In this document: positions 51,255 through 64,000 of the stretch, one piece after another
How the letters are laid out: every line of letters starts with the position of its first letter
Numbering within the stretch: position 1 is the first letter of the stretch
Assembly (NCBI GenBank): GCA_964016885.1
Contig: OZ024741.1
Coordinates: 69,750,001-69,814,000, forward strand
DNA: 64,000 nt
Direction: 5' to 3'
Source of the DNA: Eledone cirrhosa
Taxonomy: Eukaryota
Translations under genes and position numbers: made by a program
Notes under the pieces: generated by a model
Databases searched by the model: none
What the model saw: the letters and a program-made list of their open reading frames with translations, nothing else
What the model was told of the DNA's origin: nothing

Positions 51255-53958
51255 TTCTAGGAATGTTATTTGCCATCGACTGGCATTTATCAAGTTGAAA
51301 ATTAATCATCATCGATTTTACTGTTTTTTTTTTCTTTCCATTCTTGCATGATTGTGCTTGTTATTATAAGCAGAATCCTCAAACACGCCTTCCACATGAG
51401 ACCAACCGAAATTATGGACGTTAATATATCAATTATTTAAGTAATTCCTATGTGGACCTATTCCGAATGCTTGTAACAGACTGAACTCGGCTAAAGATAT
51501 CCATGAACAACGTGGGGTTGTTGAACCTGGAAGTACTGGGATAAAATCAAATATGGATCCATGACATTCATGCCCCTCCCAGTGGCATTATTGATGACGA
51601 AGGTGATGTGAAATAGCTATAACACTTTAACTCCCACATTGATTTATCATTTCATCCTTTCAGAATTAATCTAATATATATCAGATATTTAAGGTGTTGG
51701 TCGTCATATAATCGATTATACTCCACTCCCAAGTACGATGAAGAGGCGGGGATAGTTGAAGGATGAACAATGTGCTGTAGATTGGTCACTCTACCTGCTA
51801 GATATAGCAGCTAAACCCAACAGACATGTTGGATAATGTGGTATTCGGTTCTCTGCATACAAGACAGGTTGGTCGCGAATGGAACTCTTGATCATAGGTT
51901 TGATAGAGGAGGTTGGCCTAAAAGCTAATCAATAACTCCCCTACCCCCCCCCCTGTATTGTACCAAAATGATTATTTTAACAAACTCTTATAGCCACGAC
52001 CGTTTACGTTATGGGTTAACCCCCGGGTCGATATTATAATGTCCTAGTCAATTACTGGGGTCAATTTGGTCGACTTTACCACATCTGAAATCGTTGGCCT
52101 TAATTAAATTTAAAAAAACATTATTTAAACAAATCCTGACTTGATAAGCAAAGCATGAAGGATTTTAAAAATATAATTAGATCGATCCGCCAATATTTGA
52201 TTGATATTAGGAAAGTAGGAGAAAGCTAAAAATTCGATAAATGAGAGGAAAGGAAGTGAATGATAGTAATGAAAATTATTGTGTACAGTGCCGGGAAGTC
52301 GACCTCAATGGAATTAGGAAACAATATATAGAGCCATAACCACTCAATATTAGCAGGCATTGTATCCAACGCCGCTGGGGCATCGCGTTCAAAGTTTTCA
52401 TTCAATTGGATCAGTTTCAGTACTTTGTATAGAAGTTATTTTATCGAACGAATATGTACATCGTTGGCGTAAAGAGTAAACATTTACATTGAACGCACAC
52501 ACACACATAAATATGGCCTGTATGTCAGTGTAAACATTTACGCGCAGTTTCTGTATTCAAATTTTCATTCACAAGGTACTGGTCAACCGAAAGCGACTCG
52601 AACCCAGAACTTTGGTTACAAAAGCAAAACTTTTTAATCATATATCTAGTTACTCTACATAACGTTTGCCGCTTTTCCAAGATTTATTTGAGTGTTACTA
52701 GAAATTCTAGTGAAATTGGTCAACTGAGAATGGAACCTAAATCGTAATCGCAATAACAATTAAAATTCTGACACCCAATGAAGTTCAAATTACGTGATTA
52801 ATGCAAGGGAGATAACTCTATTATGATGAAAACTGATTCAAGGGAATTAACTCTAAAATTAAAGTGAAATAGGTTACGGGGAGACAGAAAAATAATATAA
52901 GCTTCCTAAATTGAAATTACGTAATTATTGTGCTATATATGCCACACGTTTATGTTGCCTCAATTCACCATACTTCACTACAGTTTCTCGATCTAGTAGA
53001 AATAAACAGCAAAATCTACCTCACATCACACTATACTGCATTAAAATGGAAAGACATTCAACAATGTCCTATATATTTTCGATCTAGAGAAATACGGACG
53101 GTTTTTTTTTCTGAAACGTTTTTAATCATTAGTCTGCTCTTTCGGAGTAAATTTATGTTGAAATGACGACAAATTCTGTATTCGGAGCTGTCGAATACTT
53201 GCTCGTATCGGTGGCCAACTGTGTCGACAACTTGTTTTCGGTAGCTCAAATATAGATCACGGGAAGACAACAGGTCCCTGAACATGACAGATCTATTAAA
53301 TATATACTATATTCTCCAATCAACACCCTACCAACTTTATTTTTCTAGAAATTTTACAAATTTGACAAAAATATCGTTAATATACATTTTAAAATAAATT
53401 AGAAAAATAGCGGATTGTGAGTAGCTCAAATTGTAAAAAATAAAATAAAAGTGGCGTGTAGTCATGAAAAGTAACCTTAATCTATTACCTTTATCCCAAT
53501 CTAGCAATCCTGGTCAAGGGATATAGATAGGGTATATTTGTGGTGTGATTTTATAGACATCCATGTCGTAATATCCCGTGTGGTGATATATCACTGTGTT
53601 GTAAGTTGAGAATAAAATCGTGTAAAAATAATTCGATAAGAAGGATTTTTACACGATTTCATTTTACTTCATGCTTCAGCGTCGATAAAATAAAGTACCA
53701 GAAACACACTGGGGTCAATATAATCGACTCGTCCCTTTCCTTGAAAATTGCTGGCCTTTTTGTCTAAATTAGAAACGATTGTGACTATGCCTGTTATAAT
53801 TACCCATCATATGGGAGGGGTGGGGTAATTACCCGACATAAAATGAATAATTTTGGGAGTATACTTTTGCTATTGTGGATAATATTAGGCAGAATGGCAT
53901 ACAATAATCATAATTCTACTTTTTTTTTCAAATCACATAGTTCTTATACGAAATAATG

Positions 53959-54409
53959 TTTTCTGTTTTAGGCACAAGGCCAACCAATTTTGGTGGAGGG
54001 GAAGTCGATTAAATCAACCGCAGGGCCCTACTGGTACTTTATTTTATCGACCCCGAAAGGATGAAAGGCAATTCTAACTTCGGCTGGATTTGAACTCAGA
54101 ACGTAAAAGGGAGTAACTCTATTCTGCAAAGCATGGTGTCCAACGCTCTACCGATACTACCAACCGACCGCCCTGCTTATACGAAATAATGATTTCTAGT
54201 ATAGGCACAAGGCCAGTAATTTGGGGGGAGGGGAAAGTCGATTAAATTGACCCCGGTACATTACTACTGCTTTATTTTATCGACGTCCGTAAGGATGAAA
54301 GGCAAAGTTAAACTCGGCGGGATTTGAACTCAGACCGTAAAGGGCCGTAACTCTATGCTGCAAAGCATGGTGTCCGACTCTCTACCGATACTGCCAATCC
54401 ACCATCCTG
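53959..54409 (-). mobile_element. Two tandem tRNA-SINEs bounded by three copies of one 16-bp TSD
   Basis: cttatacgaaataatg occurs at 53943-53958, 54176-54191 and 54410-54425. Confidence 0.88.
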
Positions 54410-54868
54410 CTTATACGAAATAATGAAATGAATTTTGAAAATAAAAATATATATTACCTTAAAATAAAACAAATTTTTCATTTGTATATTTACATTAAAT
54501 ATATGATATCAATAGATATAACACTGTTCAAGTATCAGTTAATTAGAGATATATCACATCTATTTATTTCATACAATGTTACGTGACATTTTTAACATGA
54601 TCATGCAACCAACGATGTTTATATTTTATATGGCGATATTTCAATATTATATGCAATATCTTAATATTGGGAATATACTTTCATCACTGTTGGTAATATC
54701 AGATAATGTTGAAGAGTTCAAATTTCATGATGTTTATATTTTAAAAAAAGTAATGAAATGACTACTAATTTAGAAAATAAAAACATATTTGTTTATTAAA
54801 TTGATTATGAAATGAAGCAAATTTCTTAATTCTTCCAATAAATATGTTATTAATAAAATATAATACTG

Positions 54869-55065
54869 CGGAGCGGTAGATTAGCAGTATCGGTAGAGCG
54901 TCGGACAACATGCTTTATAGCATAGAGTTACGGCCTTTTACGATCTTAGCTTTGCCTTTCATCCTTACAGGGGCGATAAAATAAAATACCAGTAATGCAC
55001 TGGGTCGATTTAATCGACTTTCCTCTCCTCAAAAATTGTTGGCCTTTGTGCCTAAATCAGAAACC
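54869..55065 (+). mobile_element. tRNA-SINE, 17-bp TSD
   Basis: TSD aataaaatataatactg at 54852-54868 and 55066-55082. Confidence 0.85.
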
Positions 55066-55239
55066 AATAAAATATAATACTGTAATAGTCTAATAATAAA
55101 GTGGGAGGGGACCTTATAAGAAAAATCACTATGTATTCACTTGAACTATATTTTCACTATATAAGTTAAATGTTTGAATCATTTAAACATAATCAAACTC
55201 CCTACTTCAATATAGGTTCAAAGTGTTACATATTTTCAC

Positions 55240-55510
55240 CAACGATTTCCCTTCATGCCCGTAACATCAGATCTGTGATCCTTCAATTCGAAGAAGTAGC
55301 GGCTCTACCTGGAGCGACTCTCTGATCTATCGAGTAACGTTACTCCATTTCGGCCGCTTAGTAAGGGTTAACACAAATACCGATTTGAAGATAGCAAGTT
55401 CGGCTTTTACACCTGATTACCGAATGTTGAAGCTGGTCGATTACTGCACCAGCTCCTGCAATTCTTGCACTTAATATAGCCTCTTACTTTCCATCACTCC
55501 ATGGTCCCAG
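55240..55510 (-). mobile_element. Degenerate Expander/Rex3-like RTE fragment
   Basis: Minus strand gives ARIAGAGAV, AIFKSVFV and ESLQVEPLLLRIEGSQ..YGH, related to 9473-9846. Confidence 0.6.
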
Positions 55511-56605
55511 GATATTAAAAGAAGATTTATCTTCAATTATTCATTTATTTGTCACTACTTCTTCATATGATTACACCTGACTTGTGTTTAAATTTAGTTT
55601 ATTTAGGAGTTACGTTACGTGTTCTAAATTTAAGAGAACCATATCTATTTTTAGTACACGCAGCAGTGGCATGGAAATAATACAGTAAGCACAATTTAGG
55701 TAAGTTGATAGAATACTTAATAATTAATTCCGTTTTGAAATACAGTGGAGAAGGTATGTGGAAGATGTTCAGCGTTCATTTGTGAGAGATAACTGATTAT
55801 TATTAATTTATTAAAGTAGGGCGGTGGACTTGGCAGAACCATTACAACACTGGCCAAAATGCTTTTTCGCTATTTGTTTTGGCTCTTTATATTCTGAGTT
55901 CAAATCCCACCGAGGCCATCTTTCTGGAGTCGATAAACTAGAGTAGTGGGATCAGTTTAATCATATTTCTTCTTCCTCAAATTGCTGGCCTCGTGTTTAA
56001 ATTATAATCATTCAGAGCAGTGGATTGGCAGAATTATTAGAGCATCGGATAAAATGCTTTGGGGCCCTTTACATTCTGAGTTCAAATCCTGCCACCGTTA
56101 ACTTTGCTTTTCATCCTTCCGGGATCGACAAGATAAAGTACTCTTCAAGTACTAGATTCGATATAATCGATCCCCCCCCCCCCCCCCCGCCATCCCTCAG
56201 ATTGCTGGCCTTGTGCATAAATTTGAACTTATTAATTTATTAATGTTCAGTATAAACTATTACTGGTGTATGTTTTGTGGAGTAACAAAAACAAGAAGTG
56301 TTGCGTGGAGAAGAATTTCTGGAGCATCAGAATTAAATAAAAACGTTTTGTGGACAAGACAATAGAGTAAGTGAATATCAGATGGGAGAAAGTTCGAGAT
56401 AAATGCCACGAGAAGTTAGTGTCAGTGAGTTTGGTCATGTACTTGGACAATAGTAAAACAGAAGTTGTTAGTATAGGAGAAGTATACACAAAATAATAAC
56501 GTAGCATGATGTGGAATTAGCAACATATCACATCCTGTATGTTGTGTATTATTTCAAGTTCAGTTTCCACCAAGAGAAAACTTATAGAGTATATAGTGTT
56601 TAGCA

Positions 56606-57185
56606 TGGGCGGCGAATTGGCAGAGTCGTTAGATTGTCGGATAGAATGTTTTGCGAAATCCGTTCCGGCTCTTTGCTCCGTGACTTCAAATTGCTTTTTA
56701 TCCTTTTGAGGTCGATAAAAAAGTACCAGTTATTGCTTGGGTCGCTTTTCCTTTATATCTCTTTCTCGCTTCCTCTCTCACTTTCTATCCTTCTCTATGT
56801 TCAGAGCTGGAGAGGGATTGGCTCCACCAGGTTTTAAATGTCCAAGAAACGCCGTAAGCCATTACGGCGCCCTTACGACTCCTTCAGAAGTTATGGAACT
56901 TAAAGAAAAAGAATGTTTAGTGTGGTCACTGTATTAGATAGTAATAAAAGAAAGATTAACTGGATGTGGTTTGTGTGAGACACAATTATCTCACCATTAA
57001 TAGATGTTTTCTGTTGATGGACGACGGACGATGTTATTTTCTAGCAACAAATATTTATCAGGTTATCTGTGGATGAGATCTAAATCAAGGAAGAGGAAGA
57101 TAGGTGGGGAGATATAAAGAAAGATAGATAGACAGACCAATAGACAGAGAAAATGTATGTGGAGAAGGTATATAGAGAAACAAGG

Positions 57186-57233
<48 letters not shown>

Positions 57234-57690
57234 ACAGTTACTGGAGGGAAAACAGCTGCGGTCAATATCCTTTTAAACTAGAGAGACTGGAGGTAAATCA
57301 ACAGGAAAGCTAATAAGGGCTCAAAAGCAGACGTCTGGTTTTCAGTCGCACAAGATCAATGTATATATGGACCGGTAATGGAGTCGTAGAGGCGCCGTAG
57401 TGTCGACATACAACGTGTCTTAGGCATTTAAACCTGGTGGAGCCCATCTCAGCTGGGTCAGGTCTGAATACCATTGATTTCTTCCAGTGAAAGAGAGTGA
57501 AGGCAAGGAAGTGAGAAAGAGATATAGAGGAAACATTGACCTCAGTACATGGCTGGTACTTTTTTTATCGACCTCGAAAGGATGCAAAGTAGATTTCGGC
57601 AGATTCTGAACTCAGAGAGCTGGAAGCCGGAACAAATACCGCAGAGCATTCTATGCGATGTTCTAACAACTCTGTTTATTCGCCGCCTTA
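56606..57690. mobile_element. Inverted pair of a SINE variant with the same head/core but a different 3' tail
   Basis: 56606-56885 (+) and about 57370-57690 (-) share a CT-rich segment and ..gctccaccaggtttaaatg..tacggcgcc..tacgactcc. Related copies at about 58700-58972, 18950-19140 and 36060-36200. Confidence 0.7.
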
Positions 57691-59018
57691 TAGGACCAAT
57701 ACCTTCTCTGAAATAAAATACAAAAATATAACAATGAAATTGCAACTGAAGGCAAGCAACATAAAAATAAAAATTTAGCCATATTATTTTTTGTGAGTCA
57801 TTGCAAAGAGACTATATTCACATACATTTAGGAGTTGACACTAGGTAATATGCTGGCCCTTCAACAGGAAAACTAAGAGTAAATGGTATAGACATATGAT
57901 ATTGGCGTGGTTATGATAATATAGGACTTACAGGCCTGTCTAAATTAGAGTCAACCGTCAAAATATAATTGAAGGCAGAAATAAAAACCGCTGTAGCAGG
58001 GTTGGATGTAGACCTTGATTGGGGGGGAGGGGGCACTTCAGGTTTGGGAGAGGCCCCTCATGCACAAAAAATTAGAATCCCCCCCCCCCCAATTTTACAT
58101 ACCAGAGTTAGCTAAACACTAGTAATTGGAATTGAAAAGTTATACATACACGTATCAAATTCAAACATTCTAAGCATCCTAAAACTAAAAAGCCCAGCTG
58201 AGGGCACAAATAAATTGCTACGGCCGTCGCTGGTGCCCCTACTCCCACCACCACTGCAGGGGGGACTGGGGCAATTGCCCACTTTGCCCCAAATTAAATC
58301 CGGCCCCGCTCTGTGCTCTGATAGACGTTTTGATCTCATCTGATTAAGCATCACGTGAAAAGAGGTCGAAAGGTTTATCAAAATACAAGTGTCTTGAAAG
58401 GGAAATAAGCTGGATGTGGGTATGAAAGGTAAAGACTACCAATAGTAATCAGAGCATTTAGTTGCTTCTAATATCATCACCTCGCAATGATATTAGAAGT
58501 ACTTAAATATAATCTTTTCATTACCATATTTTTCAATGGAATAAAACGCCTGTGTTTTTCTATTAGTTTTGTAAAAATCAACAATTTTAAAGGATTTAGT
58601 AAAATAACTAACCATATTATTAAGCAGGTGTTTAGTAAATAGATTAACAAAGATATTCTACCATTGAATTTTTTTTTTTATCTAAATGTATGTGTGGTCC
58701 CGTAACTCCTGATAGAGTCGTAGGAACGTCGTTTCTTGAGCATTTTAAGCCTGGCGAATCCCATCCCTCTCCAGGCCTAAGTACAGCAAATTTCTTCCAG
58801 AGAAAGATAGAAAGTGAGAGAGAGAGGAAATGAGAAAGAGATATAGAGGAAGAATCGACCCAGGTCCTAGATTGGTACTTTTTATCGACCTTGAAAGGAT
58901 GAAAAGCAAAGTTGACCTCAACGGGATTTGAACTCTATCCGACGTTCTAACGACTCTGCCAATTCGCCGCCTGCTTTATTTAGATAATGCTTGCTTTCCA
59001 TTATCTGAATACCCCTAA

Positions 59019-59197
59019 TAGTTTGTGAATTGGCAGTATCGGTAGAAGGTCGGACGGCATGCTTTGCAGCATAGTTACGAGGTCCGAGTTCAAATCCCGC
59101 CGAGGTTAACTTTGCCTTTCATCCTTACAGGGTCGATAAAATAAAGTACCAGTAATATACTGGGATAATTACTGGCCTTGTGCCGAAAGTAGAAACA
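59019..59197 (+). mobile_element. tRNA-SINE, 19-bp TSD
   Basis: TSD attatctgaatacccctaa at 59000-59018 and 59198-59216. Confidence 0.88.
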
Positions 59198-59826
59198 ATT
59201 ATCTGAATACCCCTAAAAAGAGCTTCTGTTTTGAAATTGGGAGGATAATCCTGGTTGATTGGAGCTTTTTCATTGCTATATTCATACAAGATTCTATTTG
59301 TAATACTCTTTTACTCTTCTACCTGTTCTAGCCATCCGGCTGAGGCCATGCTAAGGCACCGCCTTTAATGCATAGGTTTTATTAGAAAACTCGGGTATTT
59401 TCGTCTTACTTCATGTTACTTTTTGTTGATACGCATAATCAGCCAATTAATTCTTTCCCTTTCCCTATGTCTATCTGACCATTTTTAGACTAGCCAACTT
59501 GGTAAGTGAATATATTTTGCTGAGGAGATCAAATAAGATTGAAACACGTCCGTTGCTTTCAATAAGTTGGCTTATATACAAGGTCTACTCCCACTGCATT
59601 ATCTTGAATTGTTAAAAAAAAATTGGATAAGCCAAGGTTATAAAAGTCACCCATCTCTCTTGCTTACTTTCCATCATCTGAACACATATAAAGGGAGTCT
59701 TCTAATTGCGAGGATAATATAGGTTGATTCGAGTTTGTCTCCACTCACCATATCAAGACAACGAGACTCTCCTACTCCTCCTAATATATATATATATATA
59801 TATATTAGGAGTGTGTGTGTGCGCGC

Positions 59827-59949
<123 letters not shown>

Positions 59950-60134
59950 CGAAATTAACTTACAACTTGAAGCTTCAACATACACATTATTTTTTTGATT
60001 ATGAAAATAGTCCAACAAATCGGGCATACAAGCCTCAGGAGACAGAAAAATGTGGGCACCGTCTCATGAGGCTTATATGACCGAATTGTTGGATTATTTT
60101 CATTGTAAAAAAAGAAAATAATAATAATAATAAT

Positions 60135-60983
60135 GGTTTCTTATATAGGCACAGGGCCAGCAATTTTGGCGTAGGGAAAAGTCGATGAAATTAACCCTAG
60201 TGCGTGACTGGTACTTTATTTTATCGACCCCGTAAGGATGAAAGGCAAAGTTAACCTCGGCGGGATTTGAACTCAGATCATAAAGGGCCGTAACTCTATG
60301 CGGCAAAGCATGGCGTCCGACCAATTTACCGCCTTTTAATAATAATAATAATAATAATTGTTTCTACTTTTGGCACAAGGCCAGCAATTACCCAGTACAT
60401 TACTGGTACTTTGTTTTATCGACCCAGTAAGGATGAAAGGCAAAGTTAACCTCGGCAGGATTTGAACTCAGATCGTAATAATAATAATAATAATAATAAT
60501 GATTTCTAATAATAATGCGATGAAGCTTCCACCTCTAAGTTTATTTCAGTAAAATACATATCTGCTCAACGTTTTTAAAAATAGATCATATTCCAAATGT
60601 CTAACTTGTGAAAAGAGTGACTTTACTTTGAAATATTTTTTAATCGTCTATTTAAACAATTTGGAATTTTGATTTTTTTCATCAGACACGGTGATTGTCA
60701 TTCGTTTAAGTATTCATATTTGTTAGAATAGACGATTTTAATGTATTTCAATGCACACACCAATTTTGATAATGGTTTCTGATTTAGGCACAAGGGCAAC
60801 CATTTTAGAGGATGGGGAAATTCGATTAAATTGACCCCAGTGTGTGACTGGTACTTTATTTTATCGACCCCGTAAGGATCAAAGGCAAGCTAACTTCTGC
60901 GGGATTTGAACTCAGAACGTAAAAGGCCGTAACTCTATGTCGATGAAGCATGTTGTCTGACGATCTACCGATACTGCCAATCC
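60135..60983 (-). mobile_element. Cluster of three tRNA-SINE copies next to (AAT)n tracts
   Basis: Core motif at about 60135-60335, 60357-60475 and 60770-60983, with aataataat runs between or beside them. Confidence 0.8.
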
Positions 60984-61387
60984 AAATACGAGCTGCTAAC
61001 TTCCATAATATTTGTTTTCTATCTTCTCTGTACCAGACGACAAAATCTCCTTCTATTGATGGAAGTTTTAATTGGGATGATACAGCAGTGTGCCTTTATT
61101 CTATATCTATGATGTGTTTGATACTTCCACCAGAGAATTTCTTACAAATGGCGCTACATATTGCTTTTGAAATAACCTCATGTCTTAGAATGTCGATTTA
61201 AACGTATTCAGATACCTTTCCGTTCCTCAAAAATTCATCTCTTTTTTTTTCCTTTTCATCGTTTGACACAGGGATGCGACCCGATAAGCAGCCACTCTCA
61301 TGTTTCTATATTTTACCGCCTGGTAAACGGAAACAGGAATGAATTCCATCTCAGAAATACTTTAAAAAAACAACAAAGACATAATGA

Positions 61388-61745
61388 GATACCCCAGACG
61401 GCATGGCAATCTTCCCGTTCCGCGGGGGTAGCCCCCCCCCCCACTATCTAGGATGCTACATGCTATAACAATTCTCTAGCGTTAGCCCTGTGCGTTCAGC
61501 TACCAGCTCAAGATTCGCTGCCCGCCAAGCTAAAGAGGACAAACTGTCCAAGTATCGGCCTACCGTTCTCTAATAGGTTTGTTGGTAGATCCTGTAGTAG
61601 TGGAGACTTGCGGCATTCTTGGCCCCCGGACCACATCCCTGCTCACTGCTATCGGAGCAGCGTTGACTGCCCACAGGCGTGAGCCCCACCGCGGCAATGT
61701 ATTCTCCATCATGTCCGCCAGGACCAAGAGGCGGAGGGTGTTGAC
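61388..61745 (+). mobile_element. CRE-like non-LTR retrotransposon endonuclease relic
   Basis: Across frames: PDGMAIFPFRGG..DATC..AARQAKEDKLSKY..PVVVETCGILGP..RGNVFSIM. GC-rich relative to its flanks. Confidence 0.7.
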
Positions 61746-62427
61746 TTCATACGAACTCACATCCACCGCACCAAAAGTCTAATTTCTTTTCCATAATTTC
61801 TTGTTACCACTCGAACTATTATGATACTTCATTGGTTGACTAATGTGACGAAAGACAAGTGTCGGCTGATTATCTCACTTGTCAAACAGATTATAGTCGA
61901 CCGAAATAGAGAGGGAGACAGAGAGAGAGAGATGGGAAAGAAAGTAGAGAGAGGGAAAGAGAAAAGAGAGAGAGAGGGGGCGGGGGGTGAGAGTAGAGAG
62001 AGGGAAAGAGAATAGAGAGAGAGAGATAGAGAGAGGGAGAGAGAGAGACAGAGAGAGGAAAGAGAGAGAGAGAGAGGGACATTGGGTGTTGTGGAAACAG
62101 GAGCCAACACGTCTTTAACTGACGTGCACACTAATAGTAATAATATAAAAAAGGTCTATACTACCTTCATTAGCTGTGTATTTGTTTATATACAAATAAG
62201 ATCACTCACTCCTTTCTGTCCACGGCTTATCCTCACTAGCACTAAACTGACAACCATTTCAGGGCAGCTGTTAAATATCTCCACAGCTGTTCTACTAGGA
62301 ACAAGTGAAAGGCATCACTGAACGATGCTGGAACATAATTTTCTCTTCGTGTTTGGATCATTTCAACACTTCAGCTAAACACGAAGAAACGAGTTTAACC
62401 ACACTATATGCACCACTGTGTTTACGC

Positions 62428-62884
62428 AGACACACACACACTGACACTGACACACACACACACATACATACACACACACATACATACACACACATACATA
62501 CATACACTGACACACACACACATAGATACATACATACACACATATATACACACACACACACTCACGCACACACACACACACACACTAACACACACACACA
62601 TACATACACACATACATACACACATACATACACACATACATACACACATACATACACACATACATACACTGATACTGACACACACACATATAGATACATA
62701 CATACACACATATATACACACACACACACGCACTCACGCACATACACACACACACACTAACACACACACATACATACATAGCCCTCTCAGATTTACTTGC
62801 AAACTCTGACTGTCTGTCAGACTACCCCCCCCCCATTAAACCCACACACATACGTGCATAGGAACCCAAGACGCAGATTTGTAT

Positions 62885-62956
<72 letters not shown>

Positions 62957-63260
62957 TCACGCACACACACACGCACACACAGTCTTCACACATGCGTACA
63001 TATGTATCCACAACGCATATATGCATAAACACGTTTGCACACATACACACGCATGCTTGCACACGAATCCACAATGCATATTTCTATAAATGCGTTTGAA
63101 CACACACACACACATAAACACGCACACTTACATAATATATACACACACGCGTGTACACACGAATCCACAACTTATATTTACATAAGTGCGTTCTCACACA
63201 CACATGCATATACACATATACACAAACACACACATACTCACATATACACACACATACATA
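62428..63260. repeat. Compound (CA)n/(CATA)n microsatellite region
   Basis: Directly visible. Confidence 0.9.
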
Positions 63261-63274
63261 TATTATATTTTATT

Positions 63275-63438
63275 TTGGCAGTATCGGTAGAGGGTCGGGC
63301 GCCATGCTTTGCCGCATAGTTACTTCCCTTTGCGATCTGAGGTCGAATCCCGCCGAGGTTGACTTTGACTTTCATCTTTGCGGGGTCGATAAAATAAAGT
63401 ACCAGTAATGTACTGACCTTGTGCCAAAAGTAGAAACA
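63275..63438 (+). mobile_element. tRNA-SINE, 13-bp TSD
   Basis: TSD attatattttatt at 63262-63274 and 63439-63451. Confidence 0.8.
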
Positions 63439-63511
63439 ATTATATTTTATTAACCATAAGAAGAAAATAGGAGGAGGGGCAGCTGTAAGAATTTGCCAGG
63501 TTTCTCACATA

Positions 63512-64000
63512 CAGTGGAACCTCGGTTCACGAATGCCTCTCATCACGAATAAATCTGTACAAATTTTCCGAACATAAAACGTCTCGATTGATGAACGGTG
63601 TCTCGAGTAACGAATACACAAGCCCACAACAACGGTTGTGGTTGTAGTGGTGGAGGAGATGGTGGTTGCGGTTGTGGTGGAGAATAAATAATGTGTTTAC
63701 TATGGGATTTGAGTAGAGAAACGTGTTTCATTCATTTTGAGCGAAGTCATTTTGGGCGAAGTCAATTTTAGCGAAGTCATTTTCAGCGTAATATATACAA
63801 TCGTACATTGTGGAGCGTTTTAGCAGGCTTCAGTAAGAATGTCGAGAAGAGATAAACAAATTCTTAGGGGGAAAATTGCCACGATAATATTCTCATCTAA
63901 GTTTGAGGTATGTTAATTAAGGAGCATTTGAATAGCACATGACTCATCACCTTCGCCATAACTAATAAACTCACTGATACAGGTGCAAGTATGACATTTT
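63512..64000. mobile_element. Tigger/pogo-like DNA transposon left end, probably continuing beyond the window
   Basis: ta|cagtggaacctcggttcacgaa TIR. The first ~120 bp are homologous to 6833-6960. Confidence 0.65.

Overview
AT-rich, microsatellite- and transposon-dense eukaryotic DNA. The repeat landscape (tRNA-derived SINEs, RTE LINEs with (GAT)n tails, TA/CA microsatellites) suggests an invertebrate, probably a cephalopod such as octopus (inference). I can support one host gene: a core-1 beta-1,3-galactosyltransferase (T-synthase, C1GALT1-like, GT31) on the + strand. Its catalytic exon is 40439-41118 and its terminal coding exon is 45802-46107. I did not find the N-terminal transmembrane exon, which probably lies upstream of the window. 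The intervening intron is mostly an apparently intact, sense-oriented RTE-clade LINE (1039-aa APE endonuclease + RT ORF, 42281-45400) with a C4HC3 PHD-type finger inserted in its RT. The rest is degraded RTE, R4/Dong-like and CRE-like retrotransposon fragments, roughly 30 copies of a tRNA-derived SINE (several with clear TSDs), an RTE-tail repeat family, DNA-transposon MITEs and mini/microsatellites. Most ORFs in the supplied track are artefacts of repeats. All calls were made by eye, with no database searches.
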